In this document: in pieces, positions 37,350 through 46,248 of the stretch
How positions within the stretch are numbered: the first letter of the stretch is position 1
How the letters are laid out: every line of letters starts with the position of its first letter
Origin: Gammaproteobacteria bacterium
GTDB taxonomy: Bacteria > Pseudomonadota > Gammaproteobacteria > JAHELT01
DNA: 55,464 nucleotides
Direction of reading: 5' to 3'
Assembly: GCA_029861595.1 (NCBI GenBank)
Contig: JAOTYY010000001.1
Location: 1-55,464 of the forward strand
Notes under the pieces: generated by a model
What the model was told of the DNA's origin: nothing
What the model saw: the letters and a program-made list of their open reading frames with translations, nothing else
The model's database searches: none
Program-made: the position numbers and the translations under genes

Positions 37350-37493
37350 ATGAGCGGAATTGAACTTTCCCGGTCCGTTATCTCAAAAGCCGCCGCCGGC
37401 ACCATTCCTTCATTCATCAAATGGCCGAGCTCTTGGGCTGGACGTAACACACCATTGGAAGATTCGCGCGACGCAGGGGTGGAGATCAAATGA
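37350..37493 (+). CDS. Unannotated 47-codon ORF translationally coupled to the PA14 gene
   Basis: AGGAGA lies 6 nt upstream of the ATG at 37350. The product is MSGIELSRSVISKAAAGTIPSFIKWPSSWAGRNTPLEDSRDAGVEIK. Its TGA overlaps the PA14 ATG (AATGA at 37489-37493). Below the 60-aa cut-off of the ORF track. Confidence 0.45.
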   Translation: MSGIELSRSVISKAAAGTIPSFIKWPSSWAGRNTPLEDSRDAGVEIK

Positions 37494-38092
37494 ACTTTCC
37501 GAGCATTGCAAAGACCGCGACCCTGGCCCTTGCGATTTTCGCGGCGACACCCGTTACCGCAGAACAGGCGCCAAAGCCGCTGGCCCCACAGCCGGACGCC
37601 GCAGCGCTGAAACCGGGTCTCGCGGTAAAATACTACGCAACGTTCGTGCGACACATCGACGAACTGAAGGCGTATATGTCCGGCAAAAAAGGCAAGTCAG
37701 GTGAACCGATCCCCAGCCTCGACTACAACGTCGGCGAGGATCCAATGCTGACCAGCGAGCTGCACCAGGGTCTGGGTGCCCATATCACGGGCCTGATACA
37801 CCTCAAGGAGCCGGGCACCTACACCTTCGTGGCAATGACCAACGACGGGTACGAACTCAACATCGGCAACACGTTCATCCTGGCTGACCCGGATGTGCAT
37901 CCCGACCAGCAATCGGACATCGCCAAGGTCGAGATCATCCAACCCGGCTGGTACTCGACCGAGATGTTCTATTTCCAGCGCAAGGGTACCTCGACGCTAG
38001 AGCTCTATTGGCGCCCGCCGTGGGAAGGCCCTGATGCGGGCTTCTCCATCGTGCCGCCGGAGTTCTTTGCCCATATGCCGGGCGGCACTTAG
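37490..38092 (+). CDS. Secreted PA14 domain protein
   Basis: 200 aa with the signal peptide MNFPSIAKTATLALAIFAATPVTA. GTYTFVAMTNDGYELNIGN...WYSTEMFYFQRKGTSTLELYWRPP matches the PA14 pattern. Confidence 0.75.
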   Translation: MNFPSIAKTATLALAIFAATPVTAEQAPKPLAPQPDAAALKPGLAVKYYATFVRHIDELKAYMSGKKGKSGEPIPSLDYNVGEDPMLTSELHQGLGAHITGLIHLKEPGTYTFVAMTNDGYELNIGNTFILADPDVHPDQQSDIAKVEIIQPGWYSTEMFYFQRKGTSTLELYWRPPWEGPDAGFSIVPPEFFAHMPGGT

Positions 38093-38214
38093 GTGTTCGG
38101 CCCCGAGAGTTGAAACGATGTTGAACCCGTCAAACGTAAGATATTTTCATAGGCGTTACATCGACAGGGAATGCACGCGGAGGTGCACGCGCCCTGCAGC
38201 ATCGAAGGGTGGCT

Positions 38215-38253
38215 GATGCGGGCGCCTTTGAACCTTCTCCCGGCGCCCGCATC
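38215..38253. terminator. 12-bp perfect inverted repeat between convergent genes (probable bidirectional terminator hairpin)
   Basis: GATGCGGGCGCC (38215-38226) pairs with GGCGCCCGCATC (38242-38253) around a 15-nt loop. There is no clear U-tract on either strand. Confidence 0.4.
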
Positions 38254-38313
38254 GGCCCGATTTACCGCGATATCGGCAACGACTGTTAATCACTGCCGAA
38301 TTCGCCGCAATAC

Positions 38314-38586
38314 TTACCAGCGAGAACCGCCCGACGAACGCTCGCCGCGGGGTTTGGCCTGGTTGACCTTTATGTTACGGCCACCCATAGGCGTCTCGTT
38401 TAATGCCTTTATGGCAGCGTCAGCGGACGCGTTATCCGCCATTTCCACAAAGGCGAAACCTTTGGACTGGCCGGAGAACTTGTCGGTGATCAGATTCACG
38501 CTGGTTACATCGCCAAAAGCGGCGAAGGCAGCACGCAATTCGTCTTCGGTGGCACTGTACGGCAGATTGCCGACGTAGATATTCAT
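38314..38586 (-). CDS. RRM-type RNA-binding protein
   Basis: MNIYVGNLPYSATEDELRAAFAAFGDVTSV...KGFAFVEM carries RNP2 (IYVGNL) and RNP1 (KGFAFVEM). An ATG two codons upstream (38592) is an alternative start. Confidence 0.88.
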   Translation of the reverse strand: MNIYVGNLPYSATEDELRAAFAAFGDVTSVNLITDKFSGQSKGFAFVEMADNASADAAIKALNETPMGGRNIKVNQAKPRGERSSGGSRW

Positions 38587-38717
38587 CGTCATTTCATCCC
38601 TAAGTCTGTGTGTGGATATAAACAAACACTACCGGTGAGCCAACACACAGATCACGGTAGCGGTTTGCCCTTGCGGGCGAACTCCTTTGGCTCGTTTCAG
38701 CGCGAATTGCCCATGGC

Positions 38718-40040
38718 CTATCGAGAGCGATTATGCGACCGGCGCTTGCGCTTCTGGCCGGGCGAGGCACCAGTGCCGGTCTGACCTTCGCTGCGGTAGC
38801 TCGGCCGGCCGTCGCGGCCCGCTCCGCCAGCGCGGGGCTTGCGCCTGGCCTCGGACTTACCTTGAGCCATTGGCTTGTGCTCGGGCCTCGGTTGCAGAAC
38901 CTTCGGTTTGAAGTCCGGCACGGGCAGCACCGGGATATCTTTTTTCAGCAACCGCCGGATGTCCTCAAACAACTTGACCTCCTCACCACTCACCAGCGAT
39001 ACGGCCGTGCCCTCCTTGCCGGCGCGGCCGGTGCGGCCGATGCGATGCACGTAGTGCTCAGGCACGTCGGGTAATTCATAATTCACGACGTGCGGCAGGC
39101 AATCTATGTCCAGACCGCGGGCGGCGATGTCCGTGGCCACCAGCACGCGCACGCTGCCGCCTTTGAAATCGGCCAACGCCTTGGTACGGGCGCCCTGGCT
39201 TTTGTTGCCGTGGATGGCGGCAGCGTTGATGCTGGCCCGGAGCAACTGTTCCGCCAGCCGGTTGGCGCCGTGCTTGGTGCGCGTGAATACCAGCACCTGA
39301 TGCCACTGGCCTTCATCGATCAAGTGGATCAGGAAGTCGCGCTTGGCGTCTTTGTCCACCCGGTAGACGCATTGGGCCACGCTGCCCGCCGCGGCACTGC
39401 GGCGCGCCACCTCAATCAACGCGGGCTGATGCAGCAGGCTGTTGGCCAGGCGCTTGACGTCTTGGGTGTAGGTAGCCGAGAACAGCAGATTCTGACGACG
39501 CCCGGGCAGCAGCGCCAACACTTTGCGGATGTCGTGGATGAAACCCATGTCCAGCATGCGGTCGGCTTCGTCCAGCACGAGGATCTCAATAGTGGAAAGA
39601 TCGACGCTGCGCTGACGGGCATGGTCGAGTAACCGGCCCGGCGTGGCCACCAGTATGTCGACTCCGCGGTGCAGTGCATTTTTCTGCGGGTTGATGCTGA
39701 CGCCGCCGAAGACCACGGTGGAACGCAGCTCGAGATGCGCGCCATAGGTGTCGATGCTCTCACCCACCTGGGCCGCCAGTTCGCGGGTTGGGGTCAGCAC
39801 CAGTGCACGCGGCGCACCTGCGTTGCCTGCCCATTGCCGGGGGCGGCCGCTGAACAGTTGCAATATGGGAAGCGCAAAGGCGGCGGTCTTGCCGGTGCCG
39901 GTCTGCGCTCCAGCAAGGACGTCGCGACCCTGCAGCACAACGGGAACTGCCTGTGCCTGGATGGGCGTGGGACGCGTGTAACCCTGCGCTGCGATGGCGC
40001 GCAGAAGTTCGGCCTGTAAGCCAAGATTTGCAAAGGGCAT
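38718..40040 (-). CDS. rhlE: DEAD-box ATP-dependent RNA helicase
   Basis: I start at the ATG at 40040 ([16 protein letters not shown]). Q-motif [30 protein letters not shown] and a basic C-terminal tail, as in RhlE. Confidence 0.9.
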   Translation of the reverse strand: MPFANLGLQAELLRAIAAQGYTRPTPIQAQAVPVVLQGRDVLAGAQTGTGKTAAFALPILQLFSGRPRQWAGNAGAPRALVLTPTRELAAQVGESIDTYGAHLELRSTVVFGGVSINPQKNALHRGVDILVATPGRLLDHARQRSVDLSTIEILVLDEADRMLDMGFIHDIRKVLALLPGRRQNLLFSATYTQDVKRLANSLLHQPALIEVARRSAAAGSVAQCVYRVDKDAKRDFLIHLIDEGQWHQVLVFTRTKHGANRLAEQLLRASINAAAIHGNKSQGARTKALADFKGGSVRVLVATDIAARGLDIDCLPHVVNYELPDVPEHYVHRIGRTGRAGKEGTAVSLVSGEEVKLFEDIRRLLKKDIPVLPVPDFKPKVLQPRPEHKPMAQGKSEARRKPRAGGAGRDGRPSYRSEGQTGTGASPGQKRKRRSHNRSR

Positions 40041-40177
40041 AAATGCTCCAGCTCCCACCTGCCCTGCGTGTTGCAGGTCCAGTCGAGGTAGAGCTATAAG
40101 TTAAAACGTTCGAGGGGGGTCTTTCCAGGAGGGAGACGGCCGCGAGACATCGATGCCGACCGGTAGACATCTTGTAA

Positions 40178-40202
40178 GGGCGGCAGTATAAACCTGCCGC
40201 CC
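40178..40202 (-). terminator. 9-bp GC stem hairpin downstream of the methyltransferase remnant
   Basis: GGGCGGCAG-TATAAAC-CTGCCGCCC. No U-tract follows, so terminator function is uncertain. Confidence 0.3.
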
Positions 40203-40246
40203 GCGGAAAGATAGAGCCTTACATCAGCCCGGTCCAGGCACGTGCG

Positions 40247-40695
40247 CTACCCGCCCCGCCCCGCCCCGCCCGGGTTGCTGCCAATGGTCAGCCGCCGGCT
40301 ATCCAGGATTGTATGAGGTAAAAAACCATGCACTCGACTATGCCCAGATACTGCCATCGTCCCGTACCTCTTTGGCACACAACTCTGCTGTATGCAGCCA
40401 TCCATTGTCGTCTCGCTTGCGCCATACGGCATCTCTTTCGCAAATCTCTATGTGATCTTCCGCGCAACTCACACCATGCGCCTCACCGGTCGTAGCCGAC
40501 CTGTTCTGCGATTCGCAAAGTGGTATTTCCCCAACCACACCCGAGATCCAGAACTCGCTTGCCGAGTTGGTAAGGACGCCGTCGAAGCAATTCTTCGCTA
40601 TCAAGGGAATATCCGGAAACAAACAAATCCCGGAACTTTGTGAATTTTTCAAAAAGAACGGTGTTCCACGCTTCTACAATAATATCGTTGTCCAC
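40247..40695 (-). pseudogene. Frameshifted, truncated class I SAM-dependent methyltransferase remnant
   Basis: Methyltransferase-like sequence is split over three minus-strand frames. The first has VLDLGCGWGNTTLRIAEQVG (motif I), the second TGEAHGVSCAEDHIEICERDA, and the third RYGTMAV...SNPGG. It ends in a GGCGG repeat. Confidence 0.6.
40250..40272. repeat. Pentanucleotide microsatellite (CCGCC)x4
   Basis: CCGCC CCGCC CCGCC CCGCC at 40251-40270, read directly from the sequence. Confidence 0.9.
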
Positions 40696-40711
40696 CTTGT
40701 ATTCCCTCTAT

Positions 40712-42052
40712 TCAAGCACCGACAACGTTCGCGACGATACTTTCAGCAGACCCAAGATAATCCTCCGGCGCCAGTAACCGCTCAATATCTTCCGCACCCA
40801 GATGCGCTGTAACGCGCGGATCGGCCGAAAGTGCCTGTAGAAAAGACACATCGCTTTCACGTGCTCGCATGGCAATTTCATGCACCAGCTCATGCGCGCG
40901 CTGCTTCCCGACGTGATTCCCCAAAGCCAACATCACCCGTTCGGACATAAGCAATCCGCCGAGCATGTCGACGTTGGCACGCATGTTCGCCGTGTCGAAC
41001 CTCACGCCTTCGGCTACTGAGCGCATGCGGCGCAGGCAGGCACCCGTGTAAATGACAATCTCCGGCAGGGCGGCGAGTTCAATGCGCAGACGTCCGGCAT
41101 CCCGCTCGTGCTCGTGAAAAAGCGCATCGGCGAGAGACACGTATGTGCCCCGTACCAGCTGAGCAAGCCCGAACACCAGTTCAGCGCCGGCTGGGTTGGA
41201 TTTGTGCGGCATAGTGCTCGAACCGACTTTCGCACCGTGGAACGGCTCGGTCATTTCGTTGATCTCGGTGCGTTGCAAGCTGTAGATCTCACGACCGATT
41301 TTGCCGGCGGTACCGGCGATTTGCACCATCAAAGAAGCGATCTCGACGATACGATCTCGAGACGAATGCCAACAAATTCTAGGCACGCCGAGATCGAGCT
41401 TTCGCAAAGCTCGTCGTTGCAAGTCAATCGCCTGCCTCCCAAAAGACGCCATGGTACCGACAGCGCCCGTGATGTTGCCGACAAACACGCGTTTCTCCGC
41501 TTCGGCGCACCGCTCCAGATGACGATCGATCTCATCGACCCACACCGACAATTTGAAACCCAGGGTTATCGGGAGCGCTTGTTGACCATGGGTGCGTCCG
41601 ACCATCATCGTGCCGGCATGCTGGCGTGCATGTGCCGCCAGGGCTTCACGAATGGTATGTAAGTCGAGAAGCAGGATCTTCCATGCGTCGCGCACCTGCA
41701 ATATGGCACCCGTATCCATTATGTCCTGCGTGGTCGCCCCGTAGTGCACCCACTGCCCGGCTTCCCCCTCACAAACCGCCGCCAGCGCGCGTATCGCGGG
41801 CACCAGGGGATGCGAGGTCTCGGCTATTCCCGCGCCGATCGACTGTAAATCGATGTTGGCAACCTGCGCCTTGCGTGCAATCTCCTGCGCGGCGTTTTCG
41901 GGGACGATACCAAGTTCGGCTTGCGCGGCGGCAAGCGCGGCTTCCACGTCGAACCAACGCTGCACGCGCGTTTCATCGCTGAATAGATCGCGCAAATCGG
42001 CCGGCGCAAAGCTTGTTCCGAACAGCTCGGAGTCGATGACGTGAGCGGTCAT
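40712..42052 (-). CDS. Fumarate-lyase superfamily enzyme (adenylosuccinate lyase / 3-carboxy-cis,cis-muconate cycloisomerase-like)
   Basis: I start at the ATG at 42052 (MTAHVIDSELFG). GSSTMPHKSNP is the lyase-1 signature. The N-terminus FSDETRVQRWFDVEAALAAAQAELGIVP resembles PcaB/PurB family members. Confidence 0.85.
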   Translation of the reverse strand: MTAHVIDSELFGTSFAPADLRDLFSDETRVQRWFDVEAALAAAQAELGIVPENAAQEIARKAQVANIDLQSIGAGIAETSHPLVPAIRALAAVCEGEAGQWVHYGATTQDIMDTGAILQVRDAWKILLLDLHTIREALAAHARQHAGTMMVGRTHGQQALPITLGFKLSVWVDEIDRHLERCAEAEKRVFVGNITGAVGTMASFGRQAIDLQRRALRKLDLGVPRICWHSSRDRIVEIASLMVQIAGTAGKIGREIYSLQRTEINEMTEPFHGAKVGSSTMPHKSNPAGAELVFGLAQLVRGTYVSLADALFHEHERDAGRLRIELAALPEIVIYTGACLRRMRSVAEGVRFDTANMRANVDMLGGLLMSERVMLALGNHVGKQRAHELVHEIAMRARESDVSFLQALSADPRVTAHLGAEDIERLLAPEDYLGSAESIVANVVGA

Positions 42053-42358
42053 GAGGCTTGGCTCCAGTTTCAAGTCTGCGACGAATTCTCGCAATAAGTG
42101 GCCCCCGCGTGCCAACTGTTTCTAATCCGGTTTCTTGTGGAGTATCGCGCCACCATTCGGTCTTTTTTCAGAATCTGGAGCGCGCAGAGCGCCGAAAAGT
42201 CTTACGTCACCACAAGCTCTCACCGGCCAATCGATGTCGGAACCTGCCAGCGCTGCGCACATCAAACAGGCTGGTCCTTGAAGCCGCGCTCAGTACACGC
42301 ACGGGACCCGGCAACGAGCTCGAACAACACGGTGATCAGCGGCAATACCGTTTGCGCT

Positions 42359-43105
42359 TTACGTACCCCGCTCAGCGTAGATCCAGTCATCTGCCCAGCT
42401 GATACCATAATTGAATCCCTTGAGCACATAACCACGCTCTTCAAGCTTCCTGGTTACAATATCCTTTGTTCGATACCATTCACCCTCACCATTGTCCGCC
42501 CGAAAATCATGACAGGAGATTATGAAACGTTTGATGATATTGAAATCCTTAATATTTTCTATGACCTGTTGTTCCGCACCTTCAATATTCATTTTGAATA
42601 AATCAATCCGACTGATATCATAAGACTGTATGAATTTCTCCCAGTTCATCGTCGGTATATCTATGTAGGCCGCCGGTATTTCACCGACTGCCGCATAGGA
42701 TCGCCCACTGGCAAATTTCACTTTCTCCTTGTCGGTAATAACGTAGGGCGACGCAACAAATTCCTCACCTGCCTCATAGAATGTATTTGCTAAACACTCA
42801 TAAATGACAGGCTGAGCTTCCACTCCGATATATCGAAAACCGTTGGCATATTTTGACAGATATATAGCCTCTTCCCCATATCCTGCGCCGAGGTCGACAA
42901 TCACGTCACATGGATTCGGTAAGTAATAGTGGAAAACAAGATTTTCACAATTCCAGATATTCGAGTTTACTTCCAGGTAATGTCTCGGGTATCGGATATA
43001 GATAGTTTTTCCAAACCGATTGTATTTGTAAAACCCCGTTCTTTTATCAAACTTGACCTTGGTCGCCCAGTCGATTCTTTTTTTTATGCTCTTGAGTAAT
43101 CCCAT
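42359..43105 (-). CDS. FkbM family methyltransferase
   Basis: 248 aa with VIVDLGAGYGEE (SAM motif) and IDLFKMNIEGAEQQV, typical of the FkbM family. Strongly AT-rich codon usage compared with neighbours. Confidence 0.75.
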   Translation of the reverse strand: MGLLKSIKKRIDWATKVKFDKRTGFYKYNRFGKTIYIRYPRHYLEVNSNIWNCENLVFHYYLPNPCDVIVDLGAGYGEEAIYLSKYANGFRYIGVEAQPVIYECLANTFYEAGEEFVASPYVITDKEKVKFASGRSYAAVGEIPAAYIDIPTMNWEKFIQSYDISRIDLFKMNIEGAEQQVIENIKDFNIIKRFIISCHDFRADNGEGEWYRTKDIVTRKLEERGYVLKGFNYGISWADDWIYAERGT

Positions 43106-43264
43106 AGTTATTTCCCTGAAGGCATGCGCCTATCATAATCTACCAGGCAACATATTCAGCTGTACTGCTCTTTCAGTTATGCAGATAGTGCCGGTACGAA
43201 TTTTTTCACCAGTTATGTGATGCGCAGAGACATCAGCATACTGAATTGATGAGACTCCCAAGAA

Positions 43265-44608
43265 ATGTTGTCTAGGCCGAAGTTAGTATACGAACGTATA
43301 AAGCAGTCTGCATACCCGGAAAATCTCGTACTTCTTGGAATTCTATTGTTTCCTGTACTGTCACTGAGCGTCCGGCATTGGCTCAGCGGTATTTATTCAC
43401 TGCTGGCATTGCTGGCGTTGTTCGTGGTCTTCAGAAAATCTCACGACCTCTTTAAAGAAGAAAAGATTCTTTTCGCGTTATTCATTCTGTTGCTACTGAG
43501 TTTCACGATTTCGGCCAGCCTGAACGGCTGGAGTGACAATTCGATCCGCAGATTGAGCAACGTCCTGAAGTACATTTTGTTCTTTCCTACGTATCTACTG
43601 ATACGACAATATAAAGATCTATCCGGCCTCCTTTTCATGGGCATAGTAACCGGTGGAGCCGCGTTGGGATTGCAGGCGATATTTGATGTTTTCTATTTAG
43701 GGCTACCGCAGGGATCAGGTATTTACGGCACGATTATTTTTGGCGATTTGTCGATACTGTTTTTCTCTACAACCTTGATACTTCTATTCTTTAAAAAGGA
43801 ATTTTCAGTCACAACATGGCTGTACATTATTTCTGCCATGCTTTCTGCGCTGGCGGTCTATTTGTCCGGTTCGAGAAATGCCTGGATCGCTTCAGTGTTC
43901 TGTGTCCTGGTGATTCCATTGTTATGTTTCAAGTTCATGAAATACAAGAGAGCAATTCTGGTAATCGTTCCAATAGTAACAATATCTGCTTCCACCTTTT
44001 TTTTCACAGAAACCGTGCACAAGAGACTGAATTTGGCAGTTTCCGAATTTACTACATTTGTTGCGCAAGGCGCTCCTAAAGATATACCTATTAAATACAA
44101 TTCCGTCGGCTTCCGCCTGGAGCAATGGAGGGTCGCGTTGCACATCACGCATGATGCCTTTTTCTTTGGTTATGGTGGAGGAAATGCCGGAAAGCATGTC
44201 AAACGTTATGCTGAAAAGGGTCTTGCGCATCCTGACCTTATCGTTCTGGACACGGAAAGAGGAATAGGCGGACTGCACAGCACTTATTTTGAAACACTCA
44301 TTAATGAAGGCGTTATTGGACTGGCCGTCATGTTTGTGTTCGTATTTTATCCGATCTACACATTTCTCAAGGCCAGAGAATCTAGTCCGCTACTTTCTAC
44401 CGTAGGTATTATATTTGTTACCAATTACATGATTTTTGGCATTTCCGAAAACCCCTTTGTGCATGACAATTTTACTTCCGTTTATCTAATACTACTTAGC
44501 GTGTTTTTTTCGGAAACAATAAGAAATAAATATCTGGATAAAGGTCACAGAATGGCCGCATACGGACAAGATGGATTTTCTTGTGAAAATACTTATAGCA
44601 CTAAGTAA
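43265..44608 (+). CDS. O-antigen ligase / polymerase family membrane protein (Wzy_C-like)
   Basis: 447 aa with about 10-12 TM helices. SGSRNAWIASVF and a periplasmic loop with His/Arg (RLEQWRVALHITHDAFFFGYGGGN) are typical of the O-antigen ligase family. AT-rich. Confidence 0.75.
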   Translation: MLSRPKLVYERIKQSAYPENLVLLGILLFPVLSLSVRHWLSGIYSLLALLALFVVFRKSHDLFKEEKILFALFILLLLSFTISASLNGWSDNSIRRLSNVLKYILFFPTYLLIRQYKDLSGLLFMGIVTGGAALGLQAIFDVFYLGLPQGSGIYGTIIFGDLSILFFSTTLILLFFKKEFSVTTWLYIISAMLSALAVYLSGSRNAWIASVFCVLVIPLLCFKFMKYKRAILVIVPIVTISASTFFFTETVHKRLNLAVSEFTTFVAQGAPKDIPIKYNSVGFRLEQWRVALHITHDAFFFGYGGGNAGKHVKRYAEKGLAHPDLIVLDTERGIGGLHSTYFETLINEGVIGLAVMFVFVFYPIYTFLKARESSPLLSTVGIIFVTNYMIFGISENPFVHDNFTSVYLILLSVFFSETIRNKYLDKGHRMAAYGQDGFSCENTYSTK

Positions 44609-44620
44609 CGAGCACGAGGT

Positions 44621-44641
44621 CAAGAGGTTTAGAACGTTGAT
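44621..44641. repeat. Short copy (C) of a three-copy repeat family
   Basis: CAAGAGGTTTAGAACGTTGAT matches copy B (CAAGAGGATTCGAACGTGAT) at 18 of 21 aligned positions by eye. It lies 13 nt after the O-antigen ligase stop. Confidence 0.6.
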
Positions 44642-44762
44642 CTCGATAATAACGCAGGTCTAGCCGGCAAACTCAGCGGCTTCATTCATGCCATCAAGCT
44701 CTCTTAGATCAATCGCCGCAGGGCCTGGCGATCGACTTTGCACGCGCCAATCATAATTTGCG

Positions 44763-45110
44763 ATGAGCAATCCGATCCCGACGGTGATGCCCGATGAGGT
44801 GGTCGATCTGGCGTCGGTCATCGCGGCCGGAAGCCGCGACGACGTCAATCAGATCAACAAAGTGCTGGCGTTTTTGGGCATCCTCCGCGGCGCCTTGGAT
44901 GCGCGAACTTCGGAGATCAATGACGCGATGAAGCAAACCGCCGGCGCGATTGCGGGCGTGCCGGGAGAGGGAGAACTCTCTTCCATATTTGTTGTACTCA
45001 GTGTATTTAGCTCAATGCCGTCAAGCGCGTTGCCGCGGTCGTTTTCCGCACTGCGCACCACCCGTGTGGTTCACCGTGCGCCCAAGAGCGCCAGTTTCTA
45101 CGACGTCTAG
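44763..45110 (+). CDS. Hypothetical ORF, possibly a remnant
   Basis: The first 70 or so codons look coding (MSNPIPTVMPDEVVDLASVIAAGSRDDVNQINKVLAFLGILRGALDARTSEINDAMKQ). After that the composition degrades in AT-rich sequence. No convincing RBS. Confidence 0.25.
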   Translation: MSNPIPTVMPDEVVDLASVIAAGSRDDVNQINKVLAFLGILRGALDARTSEINDAMKQTAGAIAGVPGEGELSSIFVVLSVFSSMPSSALPRSFSALRTTRVVHRAPKSASFYDV

Positions 45111-45380
45111 CGCGGGCGCTATAGAATAACGCGTGAGGACTTCTCGGATGCCGCGTTTCTTTTGGAGGTAAGGCTTTTTGCGAATGAAGATATTGCAGAA
45201 ATCCAAGCTGAGAATTGTCCAAAGTCCGACCGCCAGGCTCGGAACTGTGAACGAGGCAGTCGTCGAGCATACAAGTACGCATTACTATAGGTATCAGCGA
45301 GCGAGATGCTAAGCGGACCTGTACCGTCCCGTCCGCCATCAACCGCCGCAGCATACACTCAATTGAAACAGGGAACTCTC

Positions 45381-45806
45381 ATGTTCAAGTCACTGCAACA
45401 CTGGTTCGAAGCTCTGGCCGAGCGAGGCAAGCTGTTCGCCGATGAGGACGAGGCGATACGTACAGCGCTTGCTTCGGTATTGTTTCACGTCATCAAGGCT
45501 GATGCGCTGGAGAGCGCAAAGGAGAAGGCGAAATTCGAGCAAATAATGACCAGTGAATTCGGTATCGACCACGCCGCCGTCGCGCACCTTTACCACAGCG
45601 CACACGCCCTGGAGAGCGATCTCCAGACCGACCTGTTAACCCTTAAAGATCATCTCAAAAACAATCCTAACGTCCGCATGTCTCTGATGCAAAAGCTTAA
45701 TCACGTGGTTTCCCTGGATGGCGTGGATGCGCGGGAGATTGCGGTGTTCAACGAGGCAGTCGCCGTGATGTTCCCGGAACTCTCCCGCGACGATACGGAT
45801 ATCTAG
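45381..45806 (+). CDS. TerB-like (tellurite-resistance TerB family) protein
   Basis: I use the ATG at 45381 (AGGGAA upstream). MFKSLQHWFE...ALASVLFHVIKADALESAKEKAKFEQIM is a TerB-like helical pattern. Confidence 0.65.
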   Translation: MFKSLQHWFEALAERGKLFADEDEAIRTALASVLFHVIKADALESAKEKAKFEQIMTSEFGIDHAAVAHLYHSAHALESDLQTDLLTLKDHLKNNPNVRMSLMQKLNHVVSLDGVDAREIAVFNEAVAVMFPELSRDDTDI

Positions 45807-45841
45807 CCTGTTGCCGGCGAAGTCTATTAAGACGACGTCCG

Positions 45842-45898
45842 CAAGAGGATGCGAAGGTTATAAAAGCCACGCAAACCGGTTTGTTGGCGTTGCCGTTT
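45842..45898. repeat. Long copy (A) of the repeat family
   Basis: CAAGAGGATGCGAAGGTTATAAAAGCCACGCAAACCGGTTTGTTGGCGTTGCCGTTT matches copy B at about 49 of 57 aligned positions with one 1-nt indel. It contains the palindrome CAAACCGGTTTG. Confidence 0.75.
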
Positions 45899-46248
45899 CA
45901 AGGAGTCGGGAGCGACGCTCCGCCTGCCCGAGCGCTTGGATGCGCTATTTGGTGCAAATATGCCCTGACAGTGCGTGAGTTCACGGCATGCGACCGGGGA
46001 CCCGCAATGACAGGGATTTCCGTACTCGAGCCAATCCAGACGAAACTGGCGCGCCCGCGTCCTGTGTGAATCCAGATCCCGACATGCTGTAACGCAGAGT
46101 CGTTCAGAACATCCACCGCATCGCTTTGACCGCGATCGTTGATCCGAATCAGTGCAAGATGTCCTGGTAGTGATAAAAGAATCCTCAGTTAAGCAGCGCC
46201 ATCAATCATTCTTTGGGAAACGGAGAACTTGCCGTGTTGGAGGCGTGA

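Noticed and set aside
37362-37499. 10-nt direct repeat TGAACTTTCC (37362 and 37490), which makes two ORFs both start 'MNFP'
   Set aside because: Similarity stops after 10-11 nt. The first copy lies inside the better-supported 47-codon ORF in another frame. Probably coincidence.
46139-46152. FNR-like box TTGATCCGAATCAG (9/10) about 100 nt upstream of the GDPD gene
   Set aside because: One mismatch. Roughly one or two such 9/10 hits are expected by chance in a window this size, so it is not evidence on its own. I note only that it sits at a similar distance as the 9/10 site before the MacA-like gene.
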